From NCBI GenBank assembly GCA_965220085.1, contig CBDCOZ010000003.1, positions 1,248,001-1,312,000 of the forward strand: a DNA stretch of 64,000 nt, in the 5' to 3' direction. A program made the translations under genes and the position numbers. Source of the stretch: Candidatus Oxydemutatoraceae bacterium. GTDB taxonomy: Bacteria > Pseudomonadota > Gammaproteobacteria > Poriferisulfidales > Oxydemutatoraceae. Below, piece by piece: positions 54,068 through 63,321 of the stretch (position 1 is its first letter; each line of letters starts with the position of its first letter). The notes under the pieces were generated by a model. That model saw only the letters and a program-made list of their open reading frames with translations, had not been told where the DNA came from and made no database searches.

Positions 54068-55709
54068 CAAGGTTTTCGCGGCGATGGCACTCGCTTGCGC
54101 TCTCTTTACAAACAACGCACAAGCGCAAACTTGTGCGGCGGACGAATTCAGCAACGGGAACGACTGTGTGAAGACCTGCCCGGCAGGGAAAGTGACCCTG
54201 GATCGCAAATGCGTGACACCAGCGGAGAAATGCACGGAAAGGGGATGGAGCAAACCCGCCAACGGCAATGTCTGCCATTTTGGAAACAGCGGGCCCATGG
54301 GCGGCTTCTACGAACTTGCCGATATTGCAGGCATCGCGAACATAAACCGCGACGCCCTTTGCAACCTGGGGTCCGGCTCGAGTGAGTTTCCGGAATGCGC
54401 GACGGTTTTCGGCCCGAACTATGAATTCCCGCAAATCCCGGACCCGCATTCGCGGAGGACCTATATCTACAACTGCGACCCCTCCGGGACGCGCGGCCTG
54501 ATGCCGGCGACCTACAACGTCAACGGCGCGACGAACTGCACTTGCGCCGAGCCCTCCAAGGTTCGGCGCGGCGCCACTTCCCGCGTGATCAACGGCGCTA
54601 CGGTGATGCTTGGCGGACAATGCGAATGCCCGGAGGGGATGGTGGAGAATGACAACGGCATGTGCATCCCCCGCCCGGCAAACGCGCCCTCCCACGCCCC
54701 CTCCGTCACCCGACCCGTCGCCGCCGACTTTGTCGCCGAAACCTTCACTCTGTTCTGGCGGCCGCCGGCACAAAACACCGGCGCACCCATCACCGGATAC
54801 CGCATCTTCCGCGAGCAAAACGCCAAAACACAGCCCACGGCGCACCCCACCGTCTGCAACTCCGCCAACTTCTCCGTCTCCCTGGAAGATCACGCCTTTA
54901 CCCTCACCGACCCAAGCGAGTGGTTCCAGCACACCGTCCACCCGCTCGGAAATCCCCCGACCGCCGCCCCCGGTTCCACACACGGAAAGTGCTACCGATG
55001 GCAAATCGCCGCTGTCAACCAACACGGAACCGGACCCACCACCGCCACCGTCCCGATTCTTTCGCGCGGATTCGTCGTGACAGAGGACGGAGAACAAGTC
55101 GTGCGCGCCTACGATACCACGCGCACCGACAACTCCGAGGAGGGAGGCGGAGCAAGAGTGCCGTGTCCGACGGGAGAATACGGCGTCTACGGCTACAAGG
55201 GCGACTGGGGCGTTGGGTGCGCTCCGCCGCAAAGCTTGGGGCAGGCGGAAACCTGCCATGCGCTGCGAGACCGCAACCCTGCTCTCGCCTCCGCCCACCG
55301 CGAAACCTTCTGTGGCATAGAGGATATGCCCGCCAGCAGCACGATATGCGCGGACTTGGGATTCACCGACTTGGGGGAGGTGGAGTTTTACAAAAACAAC
55401 GAATTGGGGTCGCTGGAGCGTTGCGAGATTGCCGACCCGTGTAGCGGAACCTTTTCCGAATACAACGCAGACCACCGCGAATGCCTCTGCGCAGGATGGG
55501 CGACGCCCAAAGCCTCCGGCAACGGATGCGAATGTACCACCGCCGGCGCGGACGACAACTGCGAATGCCCGGGCCCCGTAGGAGCGACATACCTGGTCGC
55601 AAGCAACGCTTGCGGATGTCCGGAAGGACAGGAAATCGTTTCCGGCGCATGCGTTCCCCAAGGTCTGCGGTTGCGCTTGCGCCTCTTTTTGGAAGGGCCG
55701 TTGCGGTAG
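54060..55709 (+). CDS. Cys-rich + Fn3 secreted protein, LEGPLR-tail family (leader frameshifted)
   Basis: Signal ending NNAQAQ; N-terminal module like 48406, C-terminal module like the N-terminal half of 49761; LRLRLRLFLEGPLR. Confidence 0.87.
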   Translation: MFNKVFAAMALACALFTNNAQAQTCAADEFSNGNDCVKTCPAGKVTLDRKCVTPAEKCTERGWSKPANGNVCHFGNSGPMGGFYELADIAGIANINRDALCNLGSGSSEFPECATVFGPNYEFPQIPDPHSRRTYIYNCDPSGTRGLMPATYNVNGATNCTCAEPSKVRRGATSRVINGATVMLGGQCECPEGMVENDNGMCIPRPANAPSHAPSVTRPVAADFVAETFTLFWRPPAQNTGAPITGYRIFREQNAKTQPTAHPTVCNSANFSVSLEDHAFTLTDPSEWFQHTVHPLGNPPTAAPGSTHGKCYRWQIAAVNQHGTGPTTATVPILSRGFVVTEDGEQVVRAYDTTRTDNSEEGGGARVPCPTGEYGVYGYKGDWGVGCAPPQSLGQAETCHALRDRNPALASAHRETFCGIEDMPASSTICADLGFTDLGEVEFYKNNELGSLERCEIADPCSGTFSEYNADHRECLCAGWATPKASGNGCECTTAGADDNCECPGPVGATYLVASNACGCPEGQEIVSGACVPQGLRLRLRLFLEGPLR

Positions 55710-55955
55710 CATCAACCCGCGCCCCGAATGCGTATGCAATCCGGGTTCGCACTTTAGCGACTGACCGAACTCGCTCCGGGCCCGCGGTTGCGGTTGCGCT
55801 TGCGCCTCTTTTTGGAAGGGCCGTTGCGGTAGCATCAACCCGCGCCCCGAATGCGTATGCAATCCGGGTTCGCACTTTAGCGACTGACCGAACTCGCTCC
55901 GGGCCCGCGGTTGCGGTTGCGCCTCTTCCTGGAAGGGCCGTTGCGGTAGCATCAA
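55667..55955 (+). repeat. Tandem repeats (123 and 117 bp spacing) giving three successive LEGPLR-stop tails
   Basis: Stops at 55709, 55832, 55949; identical intervening sequence. Confidence 0.9.
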
Positions 55956-55985
55956 TCTATGCCGAATGCTCTCGCGCAGTCTGTT

Positions 55986-56480
55986 ACTCCTCTCCTTGCG
56001 AGGTCGGCGTGACAATTCCGTCAATCGTATCCGCCGACTTGTATGACTCCTCCCTTGCGAAGGTCGGCGTGACAATTCCGTCAATCGTATCCGCCGACTT
56101 GCATTGCTTCTCTCCTTGTGAAGGTCGGCGTGACAATTCTGTCAATCGTATCCGCCAACTTGCATTGCTTCTCTCTTTGCGAAGGTCGGCGTGATAATTC
56201 CGTCAACCGTATCCGCCAACTTGCATTGCTTCTCTCTTTGCGAAGGTCGGCGTGATAATTCCGTCAACCGTATCCGCCGACTCGCATGACTTCTCTCTTT
56301 GCGAAGGTCGGCGTGATAATTCCGTCAACCGTATCCGCCGACTCGCATGACTTCTCTCTTTGCGAAGGTCGGCGTGATAATTCCGTCAACCGTATCCGCC
56401 GACTCGCATGACTTCTCTCCTTGCGAAGGTCGGCGTGACAATTCCGTCAATCGTATCCACCGACTTGCATTGCTTTTCCC
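55986..56480. repeat. 60-61 bp tandem repeat x8 with internal hairpin
   Basis: ggtcggcgtga(t/c)aattccgtcaa(c/t)cgtatccgccgac core at 56002, 56062, 56123, 56184, 56245, 56306, 56367, 56428. Confidence 0.93.
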
Positions 56481-56699
56481 TTGGCAGGAGGTAGCGAGCT
56501 TTGCTACGTCGGCGAGAGGAACGGTAGCAAAATATTTTGTATGTATAATGTGGGTACGGCAGGCGGCGCAAGTCCTTTGCCGGCAAGGGAGTTGTAATAG
56601 AATCTTCCGCATGTATAATGTAGACCCCATGCGAGACATTTATATAGAGAAGGTCTATGGGGACATTTAATAGATTTGCGATATGAGGAAATTTGTGAT

Positions 56700-56879
56700 A
56701 TGGTTCATAACATGACTTTTAACATGACTGCTAATTCTTTCATCTGCGCGGGCGCGGTTCAAACCTTCTGCGGAAGGCTAAAAACTTGCGCCGCGCTTTT
56801 TAACGCCGCGCAGTGTCGAACAGGAGCGTTAACGCACGTTTATAGTACCCCCCCCCCCCCCCCCCCCCTCGCCTCTTAA
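56700..56879 (+). other. Conserved leader ORF, out of frame at C21 (56848-56868)
   Basis: MVHNMTFNMTANSFICAGAVQTFC...GALTHVYST; +1 or -2 C fuses it to the downstream frame. Confidence 0.75.
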
Positions 56880-57898
56880 TATTTAGCAGGGTTTGCGCGG
56901 CGATAACGCTCGCTTGCGCCCTCTTTGCGAACAACGCACAAGCGCATCCCGACACTTGCGACGAAGGCGAAGCCGCCGTTGTCGGAACAACCTTTTGCGT
57001 CGATTCCGCCCGGCTGGAATTTCTTGACTGGTGCGAGACACAAAACGGCACACGCACTGCATCCTCATTTGATGTCGGCGAATGGTTTTGCACTCTTCCC
57101 CTAGGGGAGCGCACGACGGTGTGCGGCGTGTTCCGGGATGCGGGGGCTGACGCAACCAACTCTTTTTGCGAGAGCACTCCGATTGCCGGACAGTCAAGGG
57201 CAACCCAATGCTCCGCCGCAAAGCCATACTCCGCCGAGTTTCATATGTGCGCGTGTCCGCCGGGGCAGGCCGAGTCCGACGGCGCTTGCGCGCCGTGTCC
57301 GACCGGAAAACTGGAGTCCGAGCGCGCCTGTGTCGACTCTTGTCCGACCGGGAAATTGGCATCCGACAACATTTGCGTTTCGCAATGCCCGCCGGACAGG
57401 GTTGAAGCCGACGGCGTCTGCGTTGCCTGTTCGGCAGAGCAGAAAGTGTCCGACGGCGTTTGCGTTTCGGAATGTCCGCAGGGGCGGCTGACGGACGGGC
57501 GCGTTTGCCGAACCGCCTGCCTGACGGGGAAAGTCCCGCTGGATGGGGTCTGCGTTTCGCCGCAGGAAAAGTGCGAAGGGAGAGGATGGACTGCATACGA
57601 GGTACTCGGAGTACCCACCTGCGAAATTAGGTATCGCGATGCGGCGGATGCGGCGGGTGTGCCGGCCACTGTCTGCCACCTTTCGCTCTGCAACATTCAC
57701 TTCGGCCCTGATTTGGAATTTCCGCAAAGGCCGGCGGACGGCAGCAGTCCGGTTTATGTTTACAACTGCGACCCGGACGGAACCACCGGGCTGGTTCCCG
57801 CGACTTTCGCCGATGGTTCCACGGAATGCGCTCGCCAAGAGGCGCACCGGCGCTTACAACTGCGCTTGCGCCTCTTTCTGGAAGGGCCGTTGCGGTAA
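56870..57898 (+). CDS. Furin-like Cys-repeat secreted protein, LEGPLR-tail family (no start of its own before the signal peptide; ORF track start 57119)
   Basis: Frame reads RLLIFSRVCAAITLACALFANNAQAHPD... through CPTGK repeats to LQLRLRLFLEGPLR. Confidence 0.82.
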   Translation, partial: RLLIFSRVCAAITLACALFANNAQAHPDTCDEGEAAVVGTTFCVDSARLEFLDWCETQNGTRTASSFDVGEWFCTLPLGERTTVCGVFRDAGADATNSFCESTPIAGQSRATQCSAAKPYSAEFHMCACPPGQAESDGACAPCPTGKLESERACVDSCPTGKLASDNICVSQCPPDRVEADGVCVACSAEQKVSDGVCVSECPQGRLTDGRVCRTACLTGKVPLDGVCVSPQEKCEGRGWTAYEVLGVPTCEIRYRDAADAAGVPATVCHLSLCNIHFGPDLEFPQRPADGSSPVYVYNCDPDGTTGLVPATFADGSTECARQEAHRRLQLRLRLFLEGPLR

Positions 57899-58034
57899 TA
57901 CCTTCCGATTATCCTTCCCCCGCGGGCGCGGGCAAAACGCAGTGCGGCGGTTGTCGGCGGACGGCCCGCCGGTCGGCCTGAGCGAGCGTATCGGTTGCCG
58001 TGCGCTTGGGTTTGCGGCGCACCCACGCACACAT

Positions 58035-60311
58035 CTAAGGAGCTTGGTGACGCCAATATTTGCGTTCTGCCCGACGCCAGGCAACGACATCAATCGGCGC
58101 GCCCGGCGTTGCGCTGAGGCTGATCATGCCGTCTGTCGCGGTGTTATAAATCTTGGCGCCGCGATAGCGGGCAAGAACATCCGGAAACGGAAAGCCGAAG
58201 TGATTGCGGTAGCCCGAAGTCACGACCGCGATGGAAGGCGAGACCGCGCGGACAAATTCCGCCGTCGACGAGGTGCGGCTGCCGTGATGCGGCACCAACA
58301 CCACGTCGCTTGCAATGCGCGGATGGGCGATGAGGCTGCGCTCGGCGGCGGCTTCGATGTCGCCGGTCAGCAACAGCGAATGTTGCGAGTTTGAGATGCG
58401 CAAGACGCACGATGCGTTGTTGCCTTCCCATTGCGCATCGATGGCCGGATGCAATATCTCAAAACTCACGCCGTCCCAAGTCCAGAACTTCCCCTTCTCG
58501 CATTGCCGCATGGCGGTCGCAGCCGCTTCGCCGCCCAACTCCTCTTCGATGCGGATATTTTTGCGGATGGCCTCCGCGCTGCCGGCGTGGTCGTTATCGC
58601 TGTGCGATACGATCAACGTATCCAAAGTGTCGATGCCGAGCGAGCGCAGATAGGGAATGCCCACCGCCTCTCCCGTATTAAAGCCGCTGCGAAAGGCCGG
58701 CCCGGTATCAAACATCAATGCGCGCTTCTGCGTTCTGACCACTACCGACAGCCCCTGTCCGATATCCAGAAAGTCCGCTTTGAACTCGCCGAACTCCGCG
58801 CTGTCCGCATGCGGGTTCGCTAACAGCGGCAACAGCAACAGCAACGCAAACAGCCTGTGCTTGACTTCCACCAACGCGAACGGCAGCAAGATTCCGGCCA
58901 GCGCAAACCCGAATACCCACCACGGCGGCTGCCAGAACCACTCAAGGTCGAGGGCATAAAACCATCCAATCAGCTTCCAAAATACCGAGAACAGCCAGTC
59001 CGCCACAGCGAGCGTCCAATCGGCGAGCGCCGACTCTTTGCCGACCCACAATGCGCCGACGGCCAGCAGACACGCCGGCAACAGCAAGAGGCCGACGAAG
59101 GGAACCGCAATTACATTGGCAAGCGGCGAACCGAGCGCGCCGCGCGAAAAAAGCAGCATCGCCACCAAACCCATCGCGAGCGACAGATAGACTTGCAACA
59201 TCCCCCATTGATACCACCGCTTTTGCGGCGGCATATTGGAGACATAGAAAATGATCAGCGCCACGGCGATAAACGACAGCCAAAATGACAGGGATAAGGT
59301 CGCCAGAGGATCGTATGCGAGGACGGCAAGCAATGCGATTGCGAACAGTTGCGACATCGGCAACCGCCTGTGCAACTGCCAGCCGACGACAAAACAGGTC
59401 AGCATGATCAGCGCCCGTTGCGTAGGCAACGAGAAGCCGGCCAGCAAGGCGTAGCCAATCGCCACCGGCAGCGCGCCCCACAGCGCGGCGAGATACGCCG
59501 GATACTGCGTCCGCACCAACAGCGTCCGCGACCACAGCGCGCGCAGAATCAGCACAAAGAAACCGAACACAAGATTGACATGCAGGCCTGACACCGCGAA
59601 CAGATGACGGGTGCCGGTGCCGACGAGCTTATCGTTTTCTTTCCGCGGCAAGGCGCCGGCAAAACCCAGGCCCAGCGCCGCGATAGATTCGCCGTGGTCG
59701 AGCGAGCGCCGCTGCGTGAGGTCGCCGATCAACTCTTGCCGCAGATGACCGGGACTCCATCGCGCGGGCGGCGTATCCAGAAGCCGGTAGTCACGAACAT
59801 AACCGCTGCCGCCGATGCGTTTTGCGAACAGCCACTTTTCGTAGTCAAACAATCCCGGGTTGGCATAGCCGTACGGACGTTTGAGGGTCGCCGTCAGTTG
59901 CAATCTGGAATGCAGGCGAATGGGCTCCTCGGCCTGGTAAATCTTCAGCGACAAACGCTCGGGCAATGCGCGGTTGGCATCCTGATCGGGTCGGAATATA
60001 AACGAATATCCCTCAATATAGCGCTTGGGTATCGTGACCACTTCGCCGCTAAAGTCCAATGTCCGCCCCTCCGCCTCGGCGGGCAAAATATCGTCCGCAT
60101 GCATGACCGCGACCAGCGCCGTCCAGCAAAAACCGACGATCCATGCGCCGCAGATTCTGCTCAAATGCGACGGTATCAAAATGATAGCGCCGCCGATGAT
60201 AGCGAGCACAAACAACAACGGCGGCGGCAACGGCGGCAGTTGCGGCAAACCGTGCAGCGCCAGATTGCCGACCAGAAATGCCGGCACTATCAGATGAATC
60301 GCCGCAATCAT
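58035..60311 (-). CDS. comEC: DNA internalization competence protein ComEC/Rec2
   Basis: NPGLFDYE, HLFAVSGLH, DIGQG, SHSDNDH, HHGSRTSS. Confidence 0.95.
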   Translation of the reverse strand: MIAAIHLIVPAFLVGNLALHGLPQLPPLPPPLLFVLAIIGGAIILIPSHLSRICGAWIVGFCWTALVAVMHADDILPAEAEGRTLDFSGEVVTIPKRYIEGYSFIFRPDQDANRALPERLSLKIYQAEEPIRLHSRLQLTATLKRPYGYANPGLFDYEKWLFAKRIGGSGYVRDYRLLDTPPARWSPGHLRQELIGDLTQRRSLDHGESIAALGLGFAGALPRKENDKLVGTGTRHLFAVSGLHVNLVFGFFVLILRALWSRTLLVRTQYPAYLAALWGALPVAIGYALLAGFSLPTQRALIMLTCFVVGWQLHRRLPMSQLFAIALLAVLAYDPLATLSLSFWLSFIAVALIIFYVSNMPPQKRWYQWGMLQVYLSLAMGLVAMLLFSRGALGSPLANVIAVPFVGLLLLPACLLAVGALWVGKESALADWTLAVADWLFSVFWKLIGWFYALDLEWFWQPPWWVFGFALAGILLPFALVEVKHRLFALLLLLPLLANPHADSAEFGEFKADFLDIGQGLSVVVRTQKRALMFDTGPAFRSGFNTGEAVGIPYLRSLGIDTLDTLIVSHSDNDHAGSAEAIRKNIRIEEELGGEAAATAMRQCEKGKFWTWDGVSFEILHPAIDAQWEGNNASCVLRISNSQHSLLLTGDIEAAAERSLIAHPRIASDVVLVPHHGSRTSSTAEFVRAVSPSIAVVTSGYRNHFGFPFPDVLARYRGAKIYNTATDGMISLSATPGAPIDVVAWRRAERKYWRHQAP

Positions 60312-60380
60312 GCTTGCCAGCCTTGCATCGCGTATACTAAAATCATAAGTCGTGATTCAACTCCGCACTCGGCAGACAGC

Positions 60381-60893
60381 ATGAACAAGAAATGGCTTAA
60401 GAAAAAAATCGTTCGCCACCGCTTGGACAGCCATCCGCAACTATCCAAATTCGGCGGCATATTCAAGCAACAAGAGCTCTGGCACATCAACCGCCGTTCG
60501 ATTCCCATCGGCGCCGCCATCGGTCTGTTCTGCGCTTTTCTGCCGATACCGTTTCAGATGGTTCTGGCCGCCGCCATCGCCGTCATCGTGCGCGGCAATA
60601 TTCCGGTGGCGGTAATCCTAGTGTGGATATCAAATCCCCTGACTTGGGGACCGATTTACTATGCGTGTTATAAAATCGGACAAACGGTATTGAACATGCC
60701 GCCGGTGCCGTTTTCAAGCCAATCCAATGCCGAGTGGTTTGCCTCAAACTTCGTCAATGTGATGGGGCCGATGACTTTGGGCGGCGTCATTGTCGGCGGC
60801 ATCGCCGCCGCCGCCGGCTATGCGGTCGTCACCCTCGTCTGGCATTGGAACATCGTCGCGTACAAGCGCCACAAGCGCCGCCGCGACCGCTAA
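60381..60893 (+). CDS. DUF2062 family membrane protein
   Basis: LWHINRRS, AIGLFCAFLPIPFQM, WISNPLT. Confidence 0.88.
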   Translation: MNKKWLKKKIVRHRLDSHPQLSKFGGIFKQQELWHINRRSIPIGAAIGLFCAFLPIPFQMVLAAAIAVIVRGNIPVAVILVWISNPLTWGPIYYACYKIGQTVLNMPPVPFSSQSNAEWFASNFVNVMGPMTLGGVIVGGIAAAAGYAVVTLVWHWNIVAYKRHKRRRDR

Positions 60894-61502
60894 GCCGCGC
60901 GGCGCAAGAAGCCGTCTTCCAGTCGGCAGACAGAATTCGCCAGACAGAATCCAGCCGCGCGGCAAACTCGCGATCGCGGGTCGCGACGACCAAGGCGATG
61001 CCTGTCTCGTGATTGAGCCGAATCATCTGTTCGGCGACATCGCCGCCGCGACCGGTTATGCGGTCGTCACCCTCGTCTGGCATTGGAACATCGTCGCTTA
61101 CATGCGCCACAAGCGACGCCGCGACCGCTAAGCCGCGCGGCGCAAGCAACCGTCTTCCAGTCGGCAGACAGAATTCGCCAGACAGAATCCAGCCGCGCGG
61201 CAAACTCGCGATCGCGGGTCGCGACGACCAAGGCGATGCCTGTCTCGTGATTGAGCCGAATCATCTGTTCGGCGGCATCGCCGCCGCCGCCGGCTATGCG
61301 GTCGTCACCCTCGTCTGGCATTGGAACATCGTCGCTTACATGCGCCACAAGCGACGCCGCGACCGCTAAGCCGCGCGGCGCAAGCAACCGTCTTCCAGTC
61401 GGCAGACAGAATCCAGCCGCGCGGCAAACTCGCGATCGTGAGTCGCGACGACCAAGGCGATGCCGGTCTCGCGATTGAGCCGAATCATCTGTTCGGCGAC
61501 AT
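60793..61502. repeat. Three tandem units (238, 238, 224 bp) spanning the overlapping stops of DUF2062 and lolD
   Basis: TCGGCG(G/A)CAT junctions at 60793, 61031, 61269, 61493. Confidence 0.95.
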
Positions 61503-62055
61503 TGAGCGCGTTCTTGTGATCCAACTGGCCGGTCGGCTCATCGGCGAGGATGATGTCGGGGCGCATGACCAGCGCGCGGCACACCGCCGCCCGCTGCCGT
61601 TCGCCGCCCGACAGTTGATGCGGCTTGTGGCGCAATCTGTCTTGCAAGCCGATTTGCGCCAGCGCATCGCGGGCGCGGGCAAGCGATTGCTTCGCGCTGT
61701 GTTGCGCGATGCGCAAAGGCAACGACACGTTTTCCAGAATCGTAAAGTCTCCCAGCAGGTGATGAAATTGATAGACGAAGCCGATGTGCCGATTGCGATA
61801 ACGGCACAACTCCGACTCATCGATCCGCCCCAAGTCGCGACCGGCCAGCATCACCTGTCCGTCATCGGGCGTATCCAGTCCCCCCATCAGGTGCAACAGA
61901 CTGCTCTTGCCGGAACCGGAAACGCCGGTGATCGCAACGCTCTCCCCTTTGCCGATGGCGAGGTCGATGCCTTTCAGCACGGCCACCTTTTGCCCGGCGG
62001 CGCCGAAGCTCTTCGTCACCGAGCGGCATTCAAGAATGTGTTGCGCGTCGCTCAT
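61366..62055 (-). CDS. lolD: lipoprotein-releasing ABC ATPase
   Basis: GVSGSGKSS, GFVYQFHHLL LolD motif, LSGGERQR. Confidence 0.96.
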   Translation of the reverse strand: MSDAQHILECRSVTKSFGAAGQKVAVLKGIDLAIGKGESVAITGVSGSGKSSLLHLMGGLDTPDDGQVMLAGRDLGRIDESELCRYRNRHIGFVYQFHHLLGDFTILENVSLPLRIAQHSAKQSLARARDALAQIGLQDRLRHKPHQLSGGERQRAAVCRALVMRPDIILADEPTGQLDHKNALNVAEQMIRLNRETGIALVVATHDREFAARLDSVCRLEDGCLRRAA

Positions 62056-62058
62056 CGC

Positions 62059-63321
62059 TCAGTTCGCCTTCAAGACTTCCGCCGGACGGATACGCGCCGC
62101 TTTCCACGCCGGATAAATCGTCGCGCCTACGGTCAGGATGAAAGTCAGCGATGCCACGATGATCACATCCTCGGCCAACAATTGCGACGGCACGCGCGTA
62201 ATCGGATAGACATCCGGCGACAGAAACCTGAAACCAAACGTATCCTCCAACGCGCGGATCAGCGCTTCCAGATTGCCGGCCAAGGCGATGCCGCCGGCGA
62301 CGCCGAGGGTGTTGCCGAGGATGCCTATCAGGCAGCCTTGGGTGATAAAGATCCGCATCACCTGCCGCGAACGCATGCCGATAGTGCGCAGAATCGCAAT
62401 GTCTCCGCGCTTTTCCATCACGACCATCATCAGCATGGACACGATGTTAAACATGGCGACGACGACAATCAGAAGCATGATGATCAGCAACAGCAATTTT
62501 TCCATTTCCAGCGCGCGAAAAAAATTGCGATGGCTTTTCGTCCAATCGCTGACCCAATAATCGGGGCCCAAGCGGCTCCGTAACTCGCGGGTAATCCGCG
62601 GCGCGGCCAGAATGTCATCAATTTGCAGGTGCAACGCGCTGATATGTCCCCGCTCCATGCGCGCAATTTTGCCGACATCATCCAAATGCATCAGCGCGAT
62701 ATAGCGGTCAAACTCGGACAGACCCGACTCAAAGATGCCGCTGACATGCAAACGGCGCATGCGCGGAATCATCCCGGCAGGCGTTGTCATGCCCTTGGCG
62801 GTCATCACCGTCACCCGGTCGCCGACGCCGACGCGCAGGTAATTCGCCAGCGAGGAACCGAGCACGATGCGGTATGCGTCGGGTTGCAACTGCGCCAGCG
62901 AACCGGTCACGACGCGCGCTTCTATCGCCGCGGCGCCGCTGTCGGCGGCGGGCAGGATGCCGCGCAGATAGGCGCCGCTGACGCGCTCGCCATTGACTAA
63001 GATCCCCTGCGTTTCAACAACCGGCGCGGCGGCGATGACATCGTCGCGCTCTTCCAGCGCGCGTTGCAGAGGTTGCCAATCGCGCAACACCCCGCTTGGG
63101 CTTGCGGTGACCATATTGTGCGAGAGCATGTCCAGCATGCGGGCGGTGATCTCTTCGCGAAAGCCGTTCATCACCGACAGCACCGTGATGATGACGGCGA
63201 CGCCGATGGCGATGCCGAGAATCGATATCAGCGACACCATAGACACGAGATAGCCGCGCTTTTTGCTGCGGATATAACGCCAGCCGATCAGGTATTCAAT
63301 CGCGCTCACTGTCTTTGACAA
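62059..63321 (-). CDS. lolE: lipoprotein-releasing ABC permease LolC/E
   Basis: VLSVMNGF, VAMFNIVSMLMMVVMEKRGDIAILRT, YPAWKAA. Confidence 0.9.
   Translation of the reverse strand: MSKTVSAIEYLIGWRYIRSKKRGYLVSMVSLISILGIAIGVAVIITVLSVMNGFREEITARMLDMLSHNMVTASPSGVLRDWQPLQRALEERDDVIAAAPVVETQGILVNGERVSGAYLRGILPAADSGAAAIEARVVTGSLAQLQPDAYRIVLGSSLANYLRVGVGDRVTVMTAKGMTTPAGMIPRMRRLHVSGIFESGLSEFDRYIALMHLDDVGKIARMERGHISALHLQIDDILAAPRITRELRSRLGPDYWVSDWTKSHRNFFRALEMEKLLLLIIMLLIVVVAMFNIVSMLMMVVMEKRGDIAILRTIGMRSRQVMRIFITQGCLIGILGNTLGVAGGIALAGNLEALIRALEDTFGFRFLSPDVYPITRVPSQLLAEDVIIVASLTFILTVGATIYPAWKAARIRPAEVLKAN

Noticed and set aside
55986-56480. CRISPR array
   Set aside because: Units are contiguous and near-identical with no unique spacers, and there are no cas genes in the window.
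48180-57898. Diversity-generating retroelement, integron or shufflon
   Set aside because: No reverse transcriptase, integrase or invertase in the window; no obvious adenine-specific TR/VR pair or attC structure; the tail varies synonymously, which favours a peptide signal over a DNA crossover site.
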